Origin: Oligoflexales bacterium
GTDB lineage: Bacteria > Bdellovibrionota_B > Oligoflexia > Oligoflexales > CAIYRB01
NCBI GenBank assembly: GCA_041736175.1
Contig: JBGSUI010000188.1
Coordinates: forward strand, 1-64,000
Direction: 5' to 3'
Length of the DNA: 64,000 nucleotides
Notes under the pieces: model-generated
What the model was told of the DNA's origin: nothing
Databases searched by the model: none
What the model saw: only the letters and a program-made list of their open reading frames with translations
Part shown: piece by piece, positions 37,317-47,612 of the stretch
How positions within the stretch are numbered: the first letter of the stretch is position 1
Layout: each line of letters begins with the position of its first letter
Made by a program: the position numbers and the translations under genes

Positions 37317-40049
37317 TCAGCGAAGCGGTTTAAGAACTTCACCATCAAAATAAAATTCGACCACTCTCTCAGAGCCCCAAGATTCTCCATCTTGTGAGAC
37401 CGCTAGAACCAACCGAAAACTAGTCGCCTTTTGTCCTAAATCCACAACACCCAGCTTATCAAAAAAACTACTTGGACCGGTGAGATATGTGCCGTAACTT
37501 ATCTTACCATCACCCCCGTAAGATTTCTGAAGATCCTTTCCATCTAATACAATTTCGCCAAGGTCAAACTTCCCTAACTGCAATCTTCCTCCCTCCTCCA
37601 TCCGCATGTACAGCTTAAATTGATCGTCCACAATTTCACGATTGACAAATAAGGATAAAAAAACCTGTGGTTCAAGTTGCAAAGCACTTGTTCTCCAATT
37701 TTGTTCTTGGAACCACGACAAAGGCACTTTTTTTGTAAAAACCTGTACATGGGAAATCTCAATCATACTAATGTGACTTTGGGGCTTGTCTAGGTAGAAC
37801 TGTGCAATTTTCTCTTTGATACGCCCATATCGACTCCCCGGCGGAAACGGCAATCCACTATACTCTTCGTAGCCATTGAGCATTGTAAAAATATCTTTTT
37901 CTTGCTTTGAAAGTCCGCTAATCGGTTTAGTTGAAAACGTCACTTTCCTACTGACTAATTCCATGGGAGAAATCATTAAAAGTAGTTTAGTCAGCTGTCG
38001 TGGATATGCAGTATCTAAAAGTTTCAAAAATCCTACCAATTGATCTTCTGGCATCATCCGTCGCTTTATCTTTTCTATAGCAAGAAAAACACCCTCCGCA
38101 AAATCCTGTTCGTCAAGCAAGGGAAAACGAAGATTTAACATATCCAAAGGTTTTACCAAAAATGCAAGAACATCGTTCCCCAATCCGGGGTTCGTTCTTA
38201 GTTGACTATTTGGATATTCAACTCCAAAAGCCTCTCTAACTTTTGCGTATAGATCCTCTCGACTGATCTGTAACGCGACTTTTATAGCCTCAAATGGAAA
38301 CGACAAGACCACCTGGGCACTGAGTCGCCCAAGAGCTGTTGGTGAAACATGAAGAACTTCCATCGATTTATCGGGGGATATGGAGTATAGTTGCTGCCTC
38401 CGACTCTTGATTTTCAAACTATCAAGTAATGGAATCTTTTCTCCAATTTTAATAGGCATACCCGATACAAATCTCACTCGATTTATATATTCTTTAAATT
38501 CTTCAGTATTTGTATATCGATCTTCGATGTTGTAATTAATCACTAACCTATAGGGGTTAAGTGGATTTTCATAGTAAAATATACGCTTATCATTTTTTAC
38601 ATCGTCAAATGGCTTGACGAACATCTCTACCACCGACTGAACCCTTTCCTCCATCTCTCCAACTAAAATATTCCAGTTTTTGTCTATGACCTCACCCATG
38701 GTCTCAAGAATAAAATATTTACCCAAGAAATCTCGAATCTCAATCTCGTTTTTTAATACCGAAGTCTCTCGAACTTCTTTATAGACCGCTACATTGGGTC
38801 CACGTTTGCTTGATTTTTCGGCTCTATTTTGAATCCTTGAAAACTGAAACACCACTCCAGTATCGACGCCCTCTAAATTCCTTTTTGCTGCATTGAATGC
38901 GCTTTCAAAATCCCCTAGCACCGATTTCTCGTAGCATTCCTTCGCTTTTGGAATACTAAGATCAAACTCATAGACTTGATCAAATAGCTTGGCTAAGGCT
39001 TTTTGATAGTTAAAATTGAGTGGAGTAAAGGCAATAGGAAACCCGTTCCAAACCCAAGAAAAGCTACCGATATCAAAAGCCATTGCCCCTTTAAATACAG
39101 CGTAAATGGTACCTAGATTTCCTTCGAACAAGATTCCATCACGATCAACTTCGTTGACACCAACCCAAGCTTTGCTAACATCTTTCCGAAAGACGTTAAT
39201 TCGATGTTCACCCCTTTTAAAAAGACTAATTGGCATGCCCGCCGCTAAATCGCCAATTCTCTTCAGTTGGTCCAACTTTTCATTGGGAATAAGGCCCGCT
39301 AAATCGGGCGAAAGCCGTATCCCTCCTGTTAAGCTATAACTTCGAATGGAGCCAACCGGCATTTCTTTAAATTTTTCAATTGTTAAGGGAAAAGTTATAG
39401 GTGTCAAAATCTCAGTGACGGGGTCATATAACTCATTTTGATTGAAGGAGGGTGGCAATATCGACGATAAAAAGGGGAGTACACCAAACCAAGAGTTGCT
39501 TCGATTTCTTAAGGTCGCTATTTTTTGCTGCTCTAAAACACGCTTCCCATCAGTCTGTAGATAAACTTGTAGAATTTCCCCAGTAGCTTCGGCACCGAGG
39601 ATCCACGGCACACCAATCGTCTCAAAAAGCTTTCTTTGAAAACCTGGACCTAAATAAAATCTGTCTACAACAATATACCGACCATTATTTGCATGGATTA
39701 AATTCCTCCTTATTCCCAGCTGAAACCATGATTGATCAGTCAATGGTATCCGCTTGTCGTTGTCAAGCAAACTGTAAAAAACAGAGTCCATAATGGATTC
39801 AAGGGACCGGTTGATCGCTTCGGTACCCGTATCAATTCCGTTGATTACCACCGGATTTTTAAAGATATCATCAATCTGTTTCGAATAACCTGTTTCTTCC
39901 ATAGTACCAGATCCACTTGCAGCATTTTTCCCACTAAAATCTATATCTATGATGACATCCTGATTTTTAACCACATCCTGTTGGCCTAGTGCCGAGCCTT
40001 GAATAAAAACAAAAACAATGATATACCAGCTCATCTTTAAGCGTTTCAT
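37317..40049 (-). CDS. Large secreted hypothetical protein
   Basis: 910-aa ORF with signal peptide; overlaps the upstream gene by 4 bp. Confidence 0.7.
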   Translation of the reverse strand: MKRLKMSWYIIVFVFIQGSALGQQDVVKNQDVIIDIDFSGKNAASGSGTMEETGYSKQIDDIFKNPVVINGIDTGTEAINRSLESIMDSVFYSLLDNDKRIPLTDQSWFQLGIRRNLIHANNGRYIVVDRFYLGPGFQRKLFETIGVPWILGAEATGEILQVYLQTDGKRVLEQQKIATLRNRSNSWFGVLPFLSSILPPSFNQNELYDPVTEILTPITFPLTIEKFKEMPVGSIRSYSLTGGIRLSPDLAGLIPNEKLDQLKRIGDLAAGMPISLFKRGEHRINVFRKDVSKAWVGVNEVDRDGILFEGNLGTIYAVFKGAMAFDIGSFSWVWNGFPIAFTPLNFNYQKALAKLFDQVYEFDLSIPKAKECYEKSVLGDFESAFNAAKRNLEGVDTGVVFQFSRIQNRAEKSSKRGPNVAVYKEVRETSVLKNEIEIRDFLGKYFILETMGEVIDKNWNILVGEMEERVQSVVEMFVKPFDDVKNDKRIFYYENPLNPYRLVINYNIEDRYTNTEEFKEYINRVRFVSGMPIKIGEKIPLLDSLKIKSRRQQLYSISPDKSMEVLHVSPTALGRLSAQVVLSFPFEAIKVALQISREDLYAKVREAFGVEYPNSQLRTNPGLGNDVLAFLVKPLDMLNLRFPLLDEQDFAEGVFLAIEKIKRRMMPEDQLVGFLKLLDTAYPRQLTKLLLMISPMELVSRKVTFSTKPISGLSKQEKDIFTMLNGYEEYSGLPFPPGSRYGRIKEKIAQFYLDKPQSHISMIEISHVQVFTKKVPLSWFQEQNWRTSALQLEPQVFLSLFVNREIVDDQFKLYMRMEEGGRLQLGKFDLGEIVLDGKDLQKSYGGDGKISYGTYLTGPSSFFDKLGVVDLGQKATSFRLVLAVSQDGESWGSERVVEFYFDGEVLKPLR

Positions 40050-41077
40050 AAAGGAGTGCCTAACCCCAGATTAAAATTCCAACCGGTGTTTCCAAGACTC
40101 TTTAATCCCTTGCTGTATCCGACTCCCTGGGAAAACCAGACACAATCCCAGAGATTCTGCTCATAAAAAACAACCCCTCGGGTTGCGACCTTAATTTCAT
40201 CATCTAACTGAAACGACCACCTGGAAGACCTCTCTATCGGGCCCAGATATCCCAATCTAATAAGTTGCTTAAATTGAGCCATTTTTCCGTCTGGAGTCGC
40301 TAACTCACGTATAAGCTCCAAGTGAGTCTCACCTCCTTTTGACCCTAGAGTGAAAAGACCCACCCCACCTCGACGGATCCCGGTTTCTTCGCCGTAAAAC
40401 GATACGACCGAACGAGTACTGCCTAGAATCGCAAAATCATAAATAAAGCGGAAGCCAATCGCTTTATAGTATCTTTCTTCCAGCTTACCTCCCATTTCTT
40501 CTTTTTTAATCTTTGACGATAAGTCCCCAGCAACACCAAAATCAAGACTCATGTGATTTTGATCATCAAAAGTCCCATACGCTATATATCTTGGTGTTTT
40601 AAAAAAGTTATTTTGATTTAGTTTACCATAAAAACCCTTCACTGCCGGTCGGTTGACTCCAAGGGGCAACTCGCCTTTGCCCATCACAAGTCTCAAGGGA
40701 GAAGTTGCTAAGTTTCCAACCTGCAACACTGCTAAATCAGTATCCAAATCAGTTTCACGTGACATGGCAGGAAGCCAAAGCAGATCACCATGGACAGCTC
40801 CATGAATTCCTAAAAGAGAATTATAAACATAGGATGTTCTTAATTCTGAAAAGACTCCTTTTTGGATAGCTCTCGTTCCACCTTCGACCAAGAATGCTTC
40901 TGCCCTCGCTTTGCCTGTCAGACAAAAATAACGTTTCCCGTATTCATCTACAACTTCTGATGCAATAGGATTCTGTTCGCAGCCTATTAGTGTCAACGTT
41001 TGAGAAGGAGCTATCGTTTTCTCGGACACTCCAAACGCAATCCCCATCATGTATTGGAGAAAAGCAAGCGCTATCAC
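40046..41077 (-). CDS. Putative outer-membrane beta-barrel protein
   Basis: Signal peptide, alternating beta strands, C-terminal WNFNLGLG. Confidence 0.55.
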   Translation of the reverse strand: MIALAFLQYMMGIAFGVSEKTIAPSQTLTLIGCEQNPIASEVVDEYGKRYFCLTGKARAEAFLVEGGTRAIQKGVFSELRTSYVYNSLLGIHGAVHGDLLWLPAMSRETDLDTDLAVLQVGNLATSPLRLVMGKGELPLGVNRPAVKGFYGKLNQNNFFKTPRYIAYGTFDDQNHMSLDFGVAGDLSSKIKKEEMGGKLEERYYKAIGFRFIYDFAILGSTRSVVSFYGEETGIRRGGVGLFTLGSKGGETHLELIRELATPDGKMAQFKQLIRLGYLGPIERSSRWSFQLDDEIKVATRGVVFYEQNLWDCVWFSQGVGYSKGLKSLGNTGWNFNLGLGTPL

Positions 41078-41131
41078 GATAGGTCGTAAGAAGATGAAAA
41101 TAAGATGCTCTCCATGCTGGGCTGTCTTTGG

Positions 41132-43540
41132 TCAATTATCGTTCAGATAGCCCCACTCACGCAACATTTTCTCAAACATTGGATTGCTAGCCTGAATCGC
41201 CAATTCCTCTCGATCTATATCCCAGAGTTTTCTCAAATAGGCGTTTGTTTGAGGTGATTGTGGAAAAAGAGTATCACTGCCGTTATCTTCAAAGGGCAAA
41301 GCCTTTGTCTCATCCGGTTTGGTTATACTTAGAGGTAATCTATCTCTTGTATAAGTTAACTTCAAATCCTTGCCGCCCACGTTGATTACTGGCAGCTTGG
41401 ACCCTAATTCATTTAATCTCACTTTAAATCTATGGTCCAGACCCTCCTTAAATTTGAGAACCATTTCTTGACCCATTTCTAAGGCTGGAAGACTATCCTT
41501 ATAGCTGGCGTCTTGTGATAATGATACCGATACCTCTTCACTTTTGGATGTTTCAACAACAAGTTCGAAGCCTGTTTTCAAATTAAAAGTTTTCCGGTAG
41601 GTTTCCTGGGCTGATGTTAACACTGATGGAGAACGCTCACTCAGATCTCGTAATTCCTCAGGATCATCTTTAAGGTCAAAAAGCCGCTCTTTTCGATAAA
41701 AGTTCTTCATATTGCCCGAAAAGCTACCTAATTTATAGACTTTTTTACTTGTAGGTGAGTAGGATCTTATATATTTCCAGCGATTTCCAAAGATGATCGC
41801 TCTCTCTCGAAACCCTTCAATAGGAAGAACCGGCGAAATATTATTCCCTCCATTTTCTAGGGGGAGTGACGGCAAAGAGCATTCTCCATGAATATGATTC
41901 TCCCCTAAATCTATCAGTGTTGGCCCAATTTGTAGGGTACTCACCCAGTCATCTATGATTTTGGGAGTCGATGGACTGGCAAGCCCTTTTTTAATAAATA
42001 GGGGAACCCTTACCTCATCGTTTAATAAGGTCGCTCCGTGGTCATGGTAGCTACCGTAAAAACCCGTGCCCATTTGATTGCCCGTAAAGGGCCGGGGTTT
42101 CATTTGATCTCCATGATCCGCAGTCACTACTAAGGTCACTTTATCATAAAGCTGACGCTCTTTGAGGAGTGAGATCATTTTATTAATATATCGGTCCGTA
42201 TAGGAAATTTCCGCATCATAAAGGGTATCCAGCATCGCTGGATAAGACCAAAATGGATTTTGTGCTGGCCAAACGTTGTAAAGATCTCGAATCGGCGGCC
42301 GGTTTGGTGCATGAGGGGCATTAAAATGTACATACAACAGAAATGATTTATCCTCATTTTTCAGAATCCATTTTTGAGCTTCGTGAGCTATAATGGGGGT
42401 ATCATAGCCATCAAATTCAATGCTTTGCTGTTGTTCAAACCCATGGTTCTGGCCAACACCCATCACCTCTGACACGACCGATATGTTACCGATCATGGCC
42501 GTCTTCATGCCCATACTAGCTATTTGACTTGGAAAAGATTTTAGACCGTTTCTAGCAAAAGCAAGCCTTTGCTCAGGACTTACCCCATAAGAGAATGCCC
42601 AGGAACCTAAAAATGTTGGCGGACGACAACTTAATAGTGCATTTGTAGAAGGACTTGTCATATTTCCTGGAGACACTGCATTAACATACTGCAGACTGTC
42701 TTTTTTAAGAAGATCTAAATACGGCGCCCTTTTCGAGTCGATTCCATCAAACCTTAGGGTGTCGATCAGGATTACAATAACCTGGATTTTTCTAGCTGTT
42801 GATTCTTGGTAGAGACTTAGTCCACTCACAAAACATCCAGTCCCCCGACTCCTACAGGTCATTTTTAAGACTTTTTCATTTTGAAGATTACCCCCCCCAT
42901 CTACCCATAAACTTACATCAACCCATCGTTCCGTTTTAAGTAAATTATCAGGCCATAGCCACGGAGTTATCCACTGTTTTAGCTTTTTTGATACCAACCC
43001 AAGCTGCTTAAATTCGTATCGATCTAAAACCTTGTCCCCAAGAGAGACTTCGATTTTATCGCCATCATGAGTTCCTCCAAACCCAAACTCAACTCGCTGT
43101 CCTTTCGAGTCTTTTAGTTTGAGATTTAGAGTCGCATTGTTTGAAAGGTAAAGAGCATCTCTTCCTTCCAAATGTTCAGGATAATTGCCATAAGTCACAT
43201 AGATCTGATTATTGTATTTAAATCTTTGAAGCCCTATAAAAGCAGTGCTGGGCCATTTTGCCGCAATCTCTTGTAGGTCGCTAGAAGAGTCCTCAGCCAT
43301 CCCGTCAAAACTTACTTCAAGATTATGAGTCCATAGGGACCCTAGCCTCTCTACATCGACTCGCTTAGGAGGAACCGCCCTAGTCTCCTCGATATGCAAT
43401 CGAGCATCATTGGGATGAATTGCTATGACAAAAAAGAGCACACTTCCAAATACCGTCCCCAAAATAATCTTAACCATCTTATTAACAAGGCTCATATAGC
43501 TTGCATTTATACGTACACCCATTAATTCACCCGTTTTCAT
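41132..43540 (-). CDS. Sulfatase-like hydrolase/transferase (alkaline phosphatase superfamily)
   Basis: ILIDTLRFD, MTSPS, HFNAPH, TADHGD and VPLFI motifs; N-terminal membrane anchor. Confidence 0.85.
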   Translation of the reverse strand: MKTGELMGVRINASYMSLVNKMVKIILGTVFGSVLFFVIAIHPNDARLHIEETRAVPPKRVDVERLGSLWTHNLEVSFDGMAEDSSSDLQEIAAKWPSTAFIGLQRFKYNNQIYVTYGNYPEHLEGRDALYLSNNATLNLKLKDSKGQRVEFGFGGTHDGDKIEVSLGDKVLDRYEFKQLGLVSKKLKQWITPWLWPDNLLKTERWVDVSLWVDGGGNLQNEKVLKMTCRSRGTGCFVSGLSLYQESTARKIQVIVILIDTLRFDGIDSKRAPYLDLLKKDSLQYVNAVSPGNMTSPSTNALLSCRPPTFLGSWAFSYGVSPEQRLAFARNGLKSFPSQIASMGMKTAMIGNISVVSEVMGVGQNHGFEQQQSIEFDGYDTPIIAHEAQKWILKNEDKSFLLYVHFNAPHAPNRPPIRDLYNVWPAQNPFWSYPAMLDTLYDAEISYTDRYINKMISLLKERQLYDKVTLVVTADHGDQMKPRPFTGNQMGTGFYGSYHDHGATLLNDEVRVPLFIKKGLASPSTPKIIDDWVSTLQIGPTLIDLGENHIHGECSLPSLPLENGGNNISPVLPIEGFRERAIIFGNRWKYIRSYSPTSKKVYKLGSFSGNMKNFYRKERLFDLKDDPEELRDLSERSPSVLTSAQETYRKTFNLKTGFELVVETSKSEEVSVSLSQDASYKDSLPALEMGQEMVLKFKEGLDHRFKVRLNELGSKLPVINVGGKDLKLTYTRDRLPLSITKPDETKALPFEDNGSDTLFPQSPQTNAYLRKLWDIDREELAIQASNPMFEKMLREWGYLNDN

Positions 43541-43543
43541 AGC

Positions 43544-45607
43544 CTAGTTGATCGGAACAAGGTAGTTTGTGATAAATTTGTACTTGTTTTCATACTTTTG
43601 GATATGGTCTCTGAGAATCACCTTCATAGCCTCCCCTTTTTCCTTTTCTAATTCTATAAGATTTCTCTCATTATCAGGATCTAAAAGTCGATTATAAAGT
43701 TCAAATTTCACACCCTCAGGAGTTGGCATATAGATCAGTTTAAAGTCCTTGGTCATAATGGCCCTATGTTTCGCGGTAGTGATTATATTTTCGTACCTGT
43801 TATCTAACACCATTTCATTTGATCCCCCTTGATCAAAATCAAGAAGTCCCGAAATCCCGGGATAGTCTAGTCGATTCGCCTGAAAATGAGCGGCACCGGT
43901 TCTAGAAAACCATATTCCGGTTTCTGAATAGGCATAGGTCCGCTCCATCCTTTCACCTCTTCCATAAATAGTATTTGAATAATCATAGCCACTCATAACA
44001 TCGTCTTTTTGAAGCCCCATAATTCCCATGAGTGTAGGCAACACATCAGAGGGTTGAGATAGACTATCAACTTTCTGCGCCTTGGGGAGGTGTCCTTTTG
44101 GAAGTTTAATGAATAGAGGCACCTTTAGCACCACTTCGCTTCGAAGGTGCTCACCATGCCCTTGTAAATGCTTGTCATCATAAATTTGCTCTCCATGATC
44201 AGCAGTGAATACGACCGTTGTTTGGTCCCATAAACCTTGATTTTTCAGAGATTTTTCAATCTCTCCTATCGAGTCATCAATGGCACGTAACGATCCCTTA
44301 TAAAAGGCTCTAATCTGCGCTATATCCTCCGATTTAAAATCACTTCCTGTTACTTTGACTTCAGGGTCCTTTTTAAAAAGATAGGAACCTTTGTAGTCAG
44401 ATTTAGAAAATAACCGGTAATAGGGTTCTGGCGCTGCATAAGGAAAATGGGCCGTAGAAAAAAACACTATCCCCAACCAGCGGTCATCTTTTAGGGACGA
44501 AATATGACTTAATGCTGCTTCTTGCAGATGGACTGGGTCAGCTAGGGTAGGTGACTGCTTAAGTTCCTGAAAATATCGACTCAAGGGACCTTGGACAAAA
44601 AAGGGCAAAAATGCTGTGAATTGCTGGGTTACATTCATTTTGATCATTCCCGTGACGGTTAGGCTTGGTGTAAGGACATCATCAAAAGCTGCTTTAAATC
44701 GAGGAAAGATATCCCCGGCAAAATCCGAAATAATAAAGGTCTTGTACCCAGCCTTTTGAAAAACGTTCCCCATTCCTTTAAAGATATTGTCTCGGCTACG
44801 AAGCGAAGGAAACATATGGCGGATCCCTGTTTCCGAAGCATATTTGCCTGTTATTATTTCGATCCAGGACGGAAAAGTTCTAGGAATGCCCACCAGATGA
44901 TCTTGGAATTCCACAGCTTCTGGTTCCTGGACCATTCTGAAAAGATTAGGCGTCGACTCTGAATTAAGAGAGTCATAGCGCAACGAATCAACAGCAATCA
45001 ACAAAACATTGCCTAATTTTTCTGCTCTACTTTCTCTAGCATTTTTCATTAACAAATATCCGATTCCAATGCTTATAAATACGAAACAAGAAAGGCTCAC
45101 GATTCTCAATTTGCTCTTTGTACCATTAATGATTTTGCTAAAGATTTTCCTCACAAAATTGACAAATAGATAGCCAAGCGGAGCCCCGTAGATAATTTTC
45201 CAAATGGTGCTCCCATGCAAAACATACGAAAGGCTACGAAGTGGATGATGAAGTGATATGGGGATAAAATCACAGAAATAACCCGGATAAGTCAAAAGAC
45301 CAGCAAGAAAACTTAAACCAATAAAGGTTGACATGAGCAAAAAAACAATTAATCGTGATCGACCCTGATACAGGTTTCTGATGACAACTAGGTGAATAAA
45401 AACAATGAGGAATGCAACTAAAAGCACCATAAGAAAATGCGTGAAAGCAACCCATGGATAAAAGCTTAATACCCCAAAAGCCAACATTGATACATCTTTT
45501 CCAAGAAACTCTGACGACTTGGAAAACAAAAGAGGCACGAGTATCCATATTAGTGTCACTACTAAGCTCATACCCAAATCATTTTTAATTTTACGAAGAT
45601 CAATCAA
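43544..45607 (-). CDS. Membrane-anchored sulfatase-like hydrolase/transferase
   Basis: About 5 TM helices, then IAVDSLRYD, RTFPSW, AHFPY, TADHGE and DVLPTL. Confidence 0.85.
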   Translation of the reverse strand: MIDLRKIKNDLGMSLVVTLIWILVPLLFSKSSEFLGKDVSMLAFGVLSFYPWVAFTHFLMVLLVAFLIVFIHLVVIRNLYQGRSRLIVFLLMSTFIGLSFLAGLLTYPGYFCDFIPISLHHPLRSLSYVLHGSTIWKIIYGAPLGYLFVNFVRKIFSKIINGTKSKLRIVSLSCFVFISIGIGYLLMKNARESRAEKLGNVLLIAVDSLRYDSLNSESTPNLFRMVQEPEAVEFQDHLVGIPRTFPSWIEIITGKYASETGIRHMFPSLRSRDNIFKGMGNVFQKAGYKTFIISDFAGDIFPRFKAAFDDVLTPSLTVTGMIKMNVTQQFTAFLPFFVQGPLSRYFQELKQSPTLADPVHLQEAALSHISSLKDDRWLGIVFFSTAHFPYAAPEPYYRLFSKSDYKGSYLFKKDPEVKVTGSDFKSEDIAQIRAFYKGSLRAIDDSIGEIEKSLKNQGLWDQTTVVFTADHGEQIYDDKHLQGHGEHLRSEVVLKVPLFIKLPKGHLPKAQKVDSLSQPSDVLPTLMGIMGLQKDDVMSGYDYSNTIYGRGERMERTYAYSETGIWFSRTGAAHFQANRLDYPGISGLLDFDQGGSNEMVLDNRYENIITTAKHRAIMTKDFKLIYMPTPEGVKFELYNRLLDPDNERNLIELEKEKGEAMKVILRDHIQKYENKYKFITNYLVPIN

Positions 45608-45742
45608 AAACCATCACCTCCCCTCATGGGATCAAACGACCATCTTGAGACTCACTCACCTCATAACATAAATTGTTATGGGATATCGGATCTATAGGAA
45701 ATCCTACCAGGTTTGACCCGAATCTGGATTTCTCCGAACATG

Positions 45743-46711
45743 TTATTTTTTAAGAACTCCTATTAGGGCCGTAAACGCTTCTTGGCTAATCTCTTCGCCT
45801 AAAAGCTTTGTCTTAATAAAACTGAGAGCCTCAAAAGGAGAGCGCCGATTCTGGTAGGAACGATTGGACGTCAATGCGTCAAAAATATCCGCTAAGGTCG
45901 CGATCTGAACCTCCATCAAAAGACTTTGGCTACCTAATCCATCAGGATATCCTGAGCCATTGCGCTTTTCATGGTGATGCAATACGATTTCTCTCGGTAT
46001 ATGGGAGAGGATAGACTCACGAATATTGAGCCACCCTGCTTTTGGATGCATCCGCAGCGTTTGCCATTCAACCTTGTTGAGAGCTCCCGGTTTATTTAAG
46101 AGGTCGAGGGAAACCTCTTTTTTGCCGATATCGTGAAAGACTCCCCCTAGGGCTATTTCTTTAAGGTGGCTAGAATCAGATACGCCTAAACCTATAGCTA
46201 TGGCGACGGCATAACTTGCGACTCTTACACTATGGCGGTAGGTATAACTATCGTGATCAACAAGATGCCTAAGCGCCTTAACACTGCTGGGGTCCTCTAA
46301 GACACAACTCGCTATCTCTCCAGCTATTTCCTTAGCTTTCTCTACGGTCGCCAAAGTCAGCTCACCCTCATAAAGACAACGCAGAAATTCGGTTCCCATG
46401 TGATCGATCAAATTGATTCGTTCCTGGGGAGAAGCGTTTTGCTGAATAGTGGGGAGTTTTGCTAACTGTTCATAGACCTTAACTTTATTTAGTTCATTAG
46501 ATTTTACCAAAAGGACCTTATATCCAGCATTTTGGAGATCCATAATTTCTTGGCGTACCCACCGATATCCAGAAGCTCCATATAGAATGGGTTCATTTCT
46601 GATAAAGAGAAACGTATCGAAATCAGTGACAGAATTATCGATCATTCTGTCAATCGGGATTTCAACAAAAGAGCCAACACTTTGTAAGGCAGTGGAATGC
46701 TGACGCCCCAT
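45743..46711 (-). CDS. HD-GYP domain cyclic-dinucleotide phosphodiesterase
   Basis: HSVRV, HDIGK, HHEKRNGSGYPDGL and ADIFDALTS.RSY motifs. Confidence 0.92.
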   Translation of the reverse strand: MGRQHSTALQSVGSFVEIPIDRMIDNSVTDFDTFLFIRNEPILYGASGYRWVRQEIMDLQNAGYKVLLVKSNELNKVKVYEQLAKLPTIQQNASPQERINLIDHMGTEFLRCLYEGELTLATVEKAKEIAGEIASCVLEDPSSVKALRHLVDHDSYTYRHSVRVASYAVAIAIGLGVSDSSHLKEIALGGVFHDIGKKEVSLDLLNKPGALNKVEWQTLRMHPKAGWLNIRESILSHIPREIVLHHHEKRNGSGYPDGLGSQSLLMEVQIATLADIFDALTSNRSYQNRRSPFEALSFIKTKLLGEEISQEAFTALIGVLKK

Positions 46712-46842
46712 AAATCCCCCTTTGTTGGAGTCCTATAGTGCTATCGGCTACTTTTGCAAAAATATTTCTCCTCTAATGAACACACCCCCAGATCAGATTG
46801 CTGAGCGGGGGTATGAGACTAACGATTTGGTAATAAAAGTGA

Positions 46843-47325
46843 TTACTTAAGAAACTTCTTCGAGACGTACTCACCTTCACCAATTTTACACCAATTCTTT
46901 TGGCATCCCCATGACTGGATTTTCGTACCTTTTTTCAGGGTACGAACCACAGCATGTTTCGTGCCTGGTCCCTTACGGACATTTAACGCACCAACTTTGA
47001 CCTCATGGTCAGTTGCACCAGCAGGAGCTGGTGCTTCGCTAGCTACAGCGGCAGGCTTATAGTCCTGTGCTGGGGCTGCGGGTTCTTGTCCTGGGCTAAC
47101 GCTACCAAGGGCACCTGCAGCTGCAGGATCAACTGCACCTGGCATTGCACCTGGCATTGCACCTGGCATTCCAGCGTCTGCGCCTGGAGCTTCTGGTAGT
47201 TTACCGCCTTCTTCTGCGCTTACTGGCTCTTGAGCTTTTTCATCATCTCCTGAGCATGACCAGCCCATAAAAGACAGTGCCGCTACTAATCCAAGTCTCA
47301 ACATCATCGTTCCCGACCTCCTCAC
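46843..47325 (-). CDS. SH3-domain lipoprotein with Pro/Ala linker
   Basis: Lipobox GWSC; LNVRKGPG...WCKI..YVS (bacterial SH3). Confidence 0.85.
   Translation of the reverse strand: MRRSGTMMLRLGLVAALSFMGWSCSGDDEKAQEPVSAEEGGKLPEAPGADAGMPGAMPGAMPGAVDPAAAGALGSVSPGQEPAAPAQDYKPAAVASEAPAPAGATDHEVKVGALNVRKGPGTKHAVVRTLKKGTKIQSWGCQKNWCKIGEGEYVSKKFLK
47134..47169. repeat. 12-bp tandem repeat x3 (encodes MPGA)
   Basis: (TGCACCTGGCAT)x3. Confidence 0.85.
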
Positions 47326-47364
47326 TCGTCCATCTCTAGAACTGCCAAAAAAAATACTAATCTA

Positions 47365-47393
47365 ATACTATGAAAAATGCTTTCAGAGGTCAA
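47365..47393 (-). promoter_or_regulatory. Sigma70-like promoter of the SH3 lipoprotein gene
   Basis: Minus strand reads TTGACC-17bp-TAGTAT. Confidence 0.45.
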
Positions 47394-47612
47394 TATCTCT
47401 TCATCATTTCACTCGCAATTTGTTAGCCCTTTACCCATTAAAATCTTGTAGGCAATCGATCTGACGTCCTGTTTAGTCGTTGGAAACCTATAAAATGATT
47501 CAGTTGAATGGAGAATTTAGACATTCTGCAAATGCCCATCGCTTTGGATCAACAGTTCCTATTTTTATTATTTAAGTATTAGTAGACAAACCTCATAGCG
47601 GTACGTCCCACT

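Noticed and set aside
45662..45680. CATAACA-N5-TGTTATG palindrome upstream of the sulfatase-like genes
   Set aside because: Single AT-rich 7-bp inverted repeat; cannot distinguish operator, weak terminator or chance.
47134..47169. 12-bp tandem repeat as a phase-variation locus
   Set aside because: In-frame repeat in a low-complexity linker; copy changes would not shift the frame.
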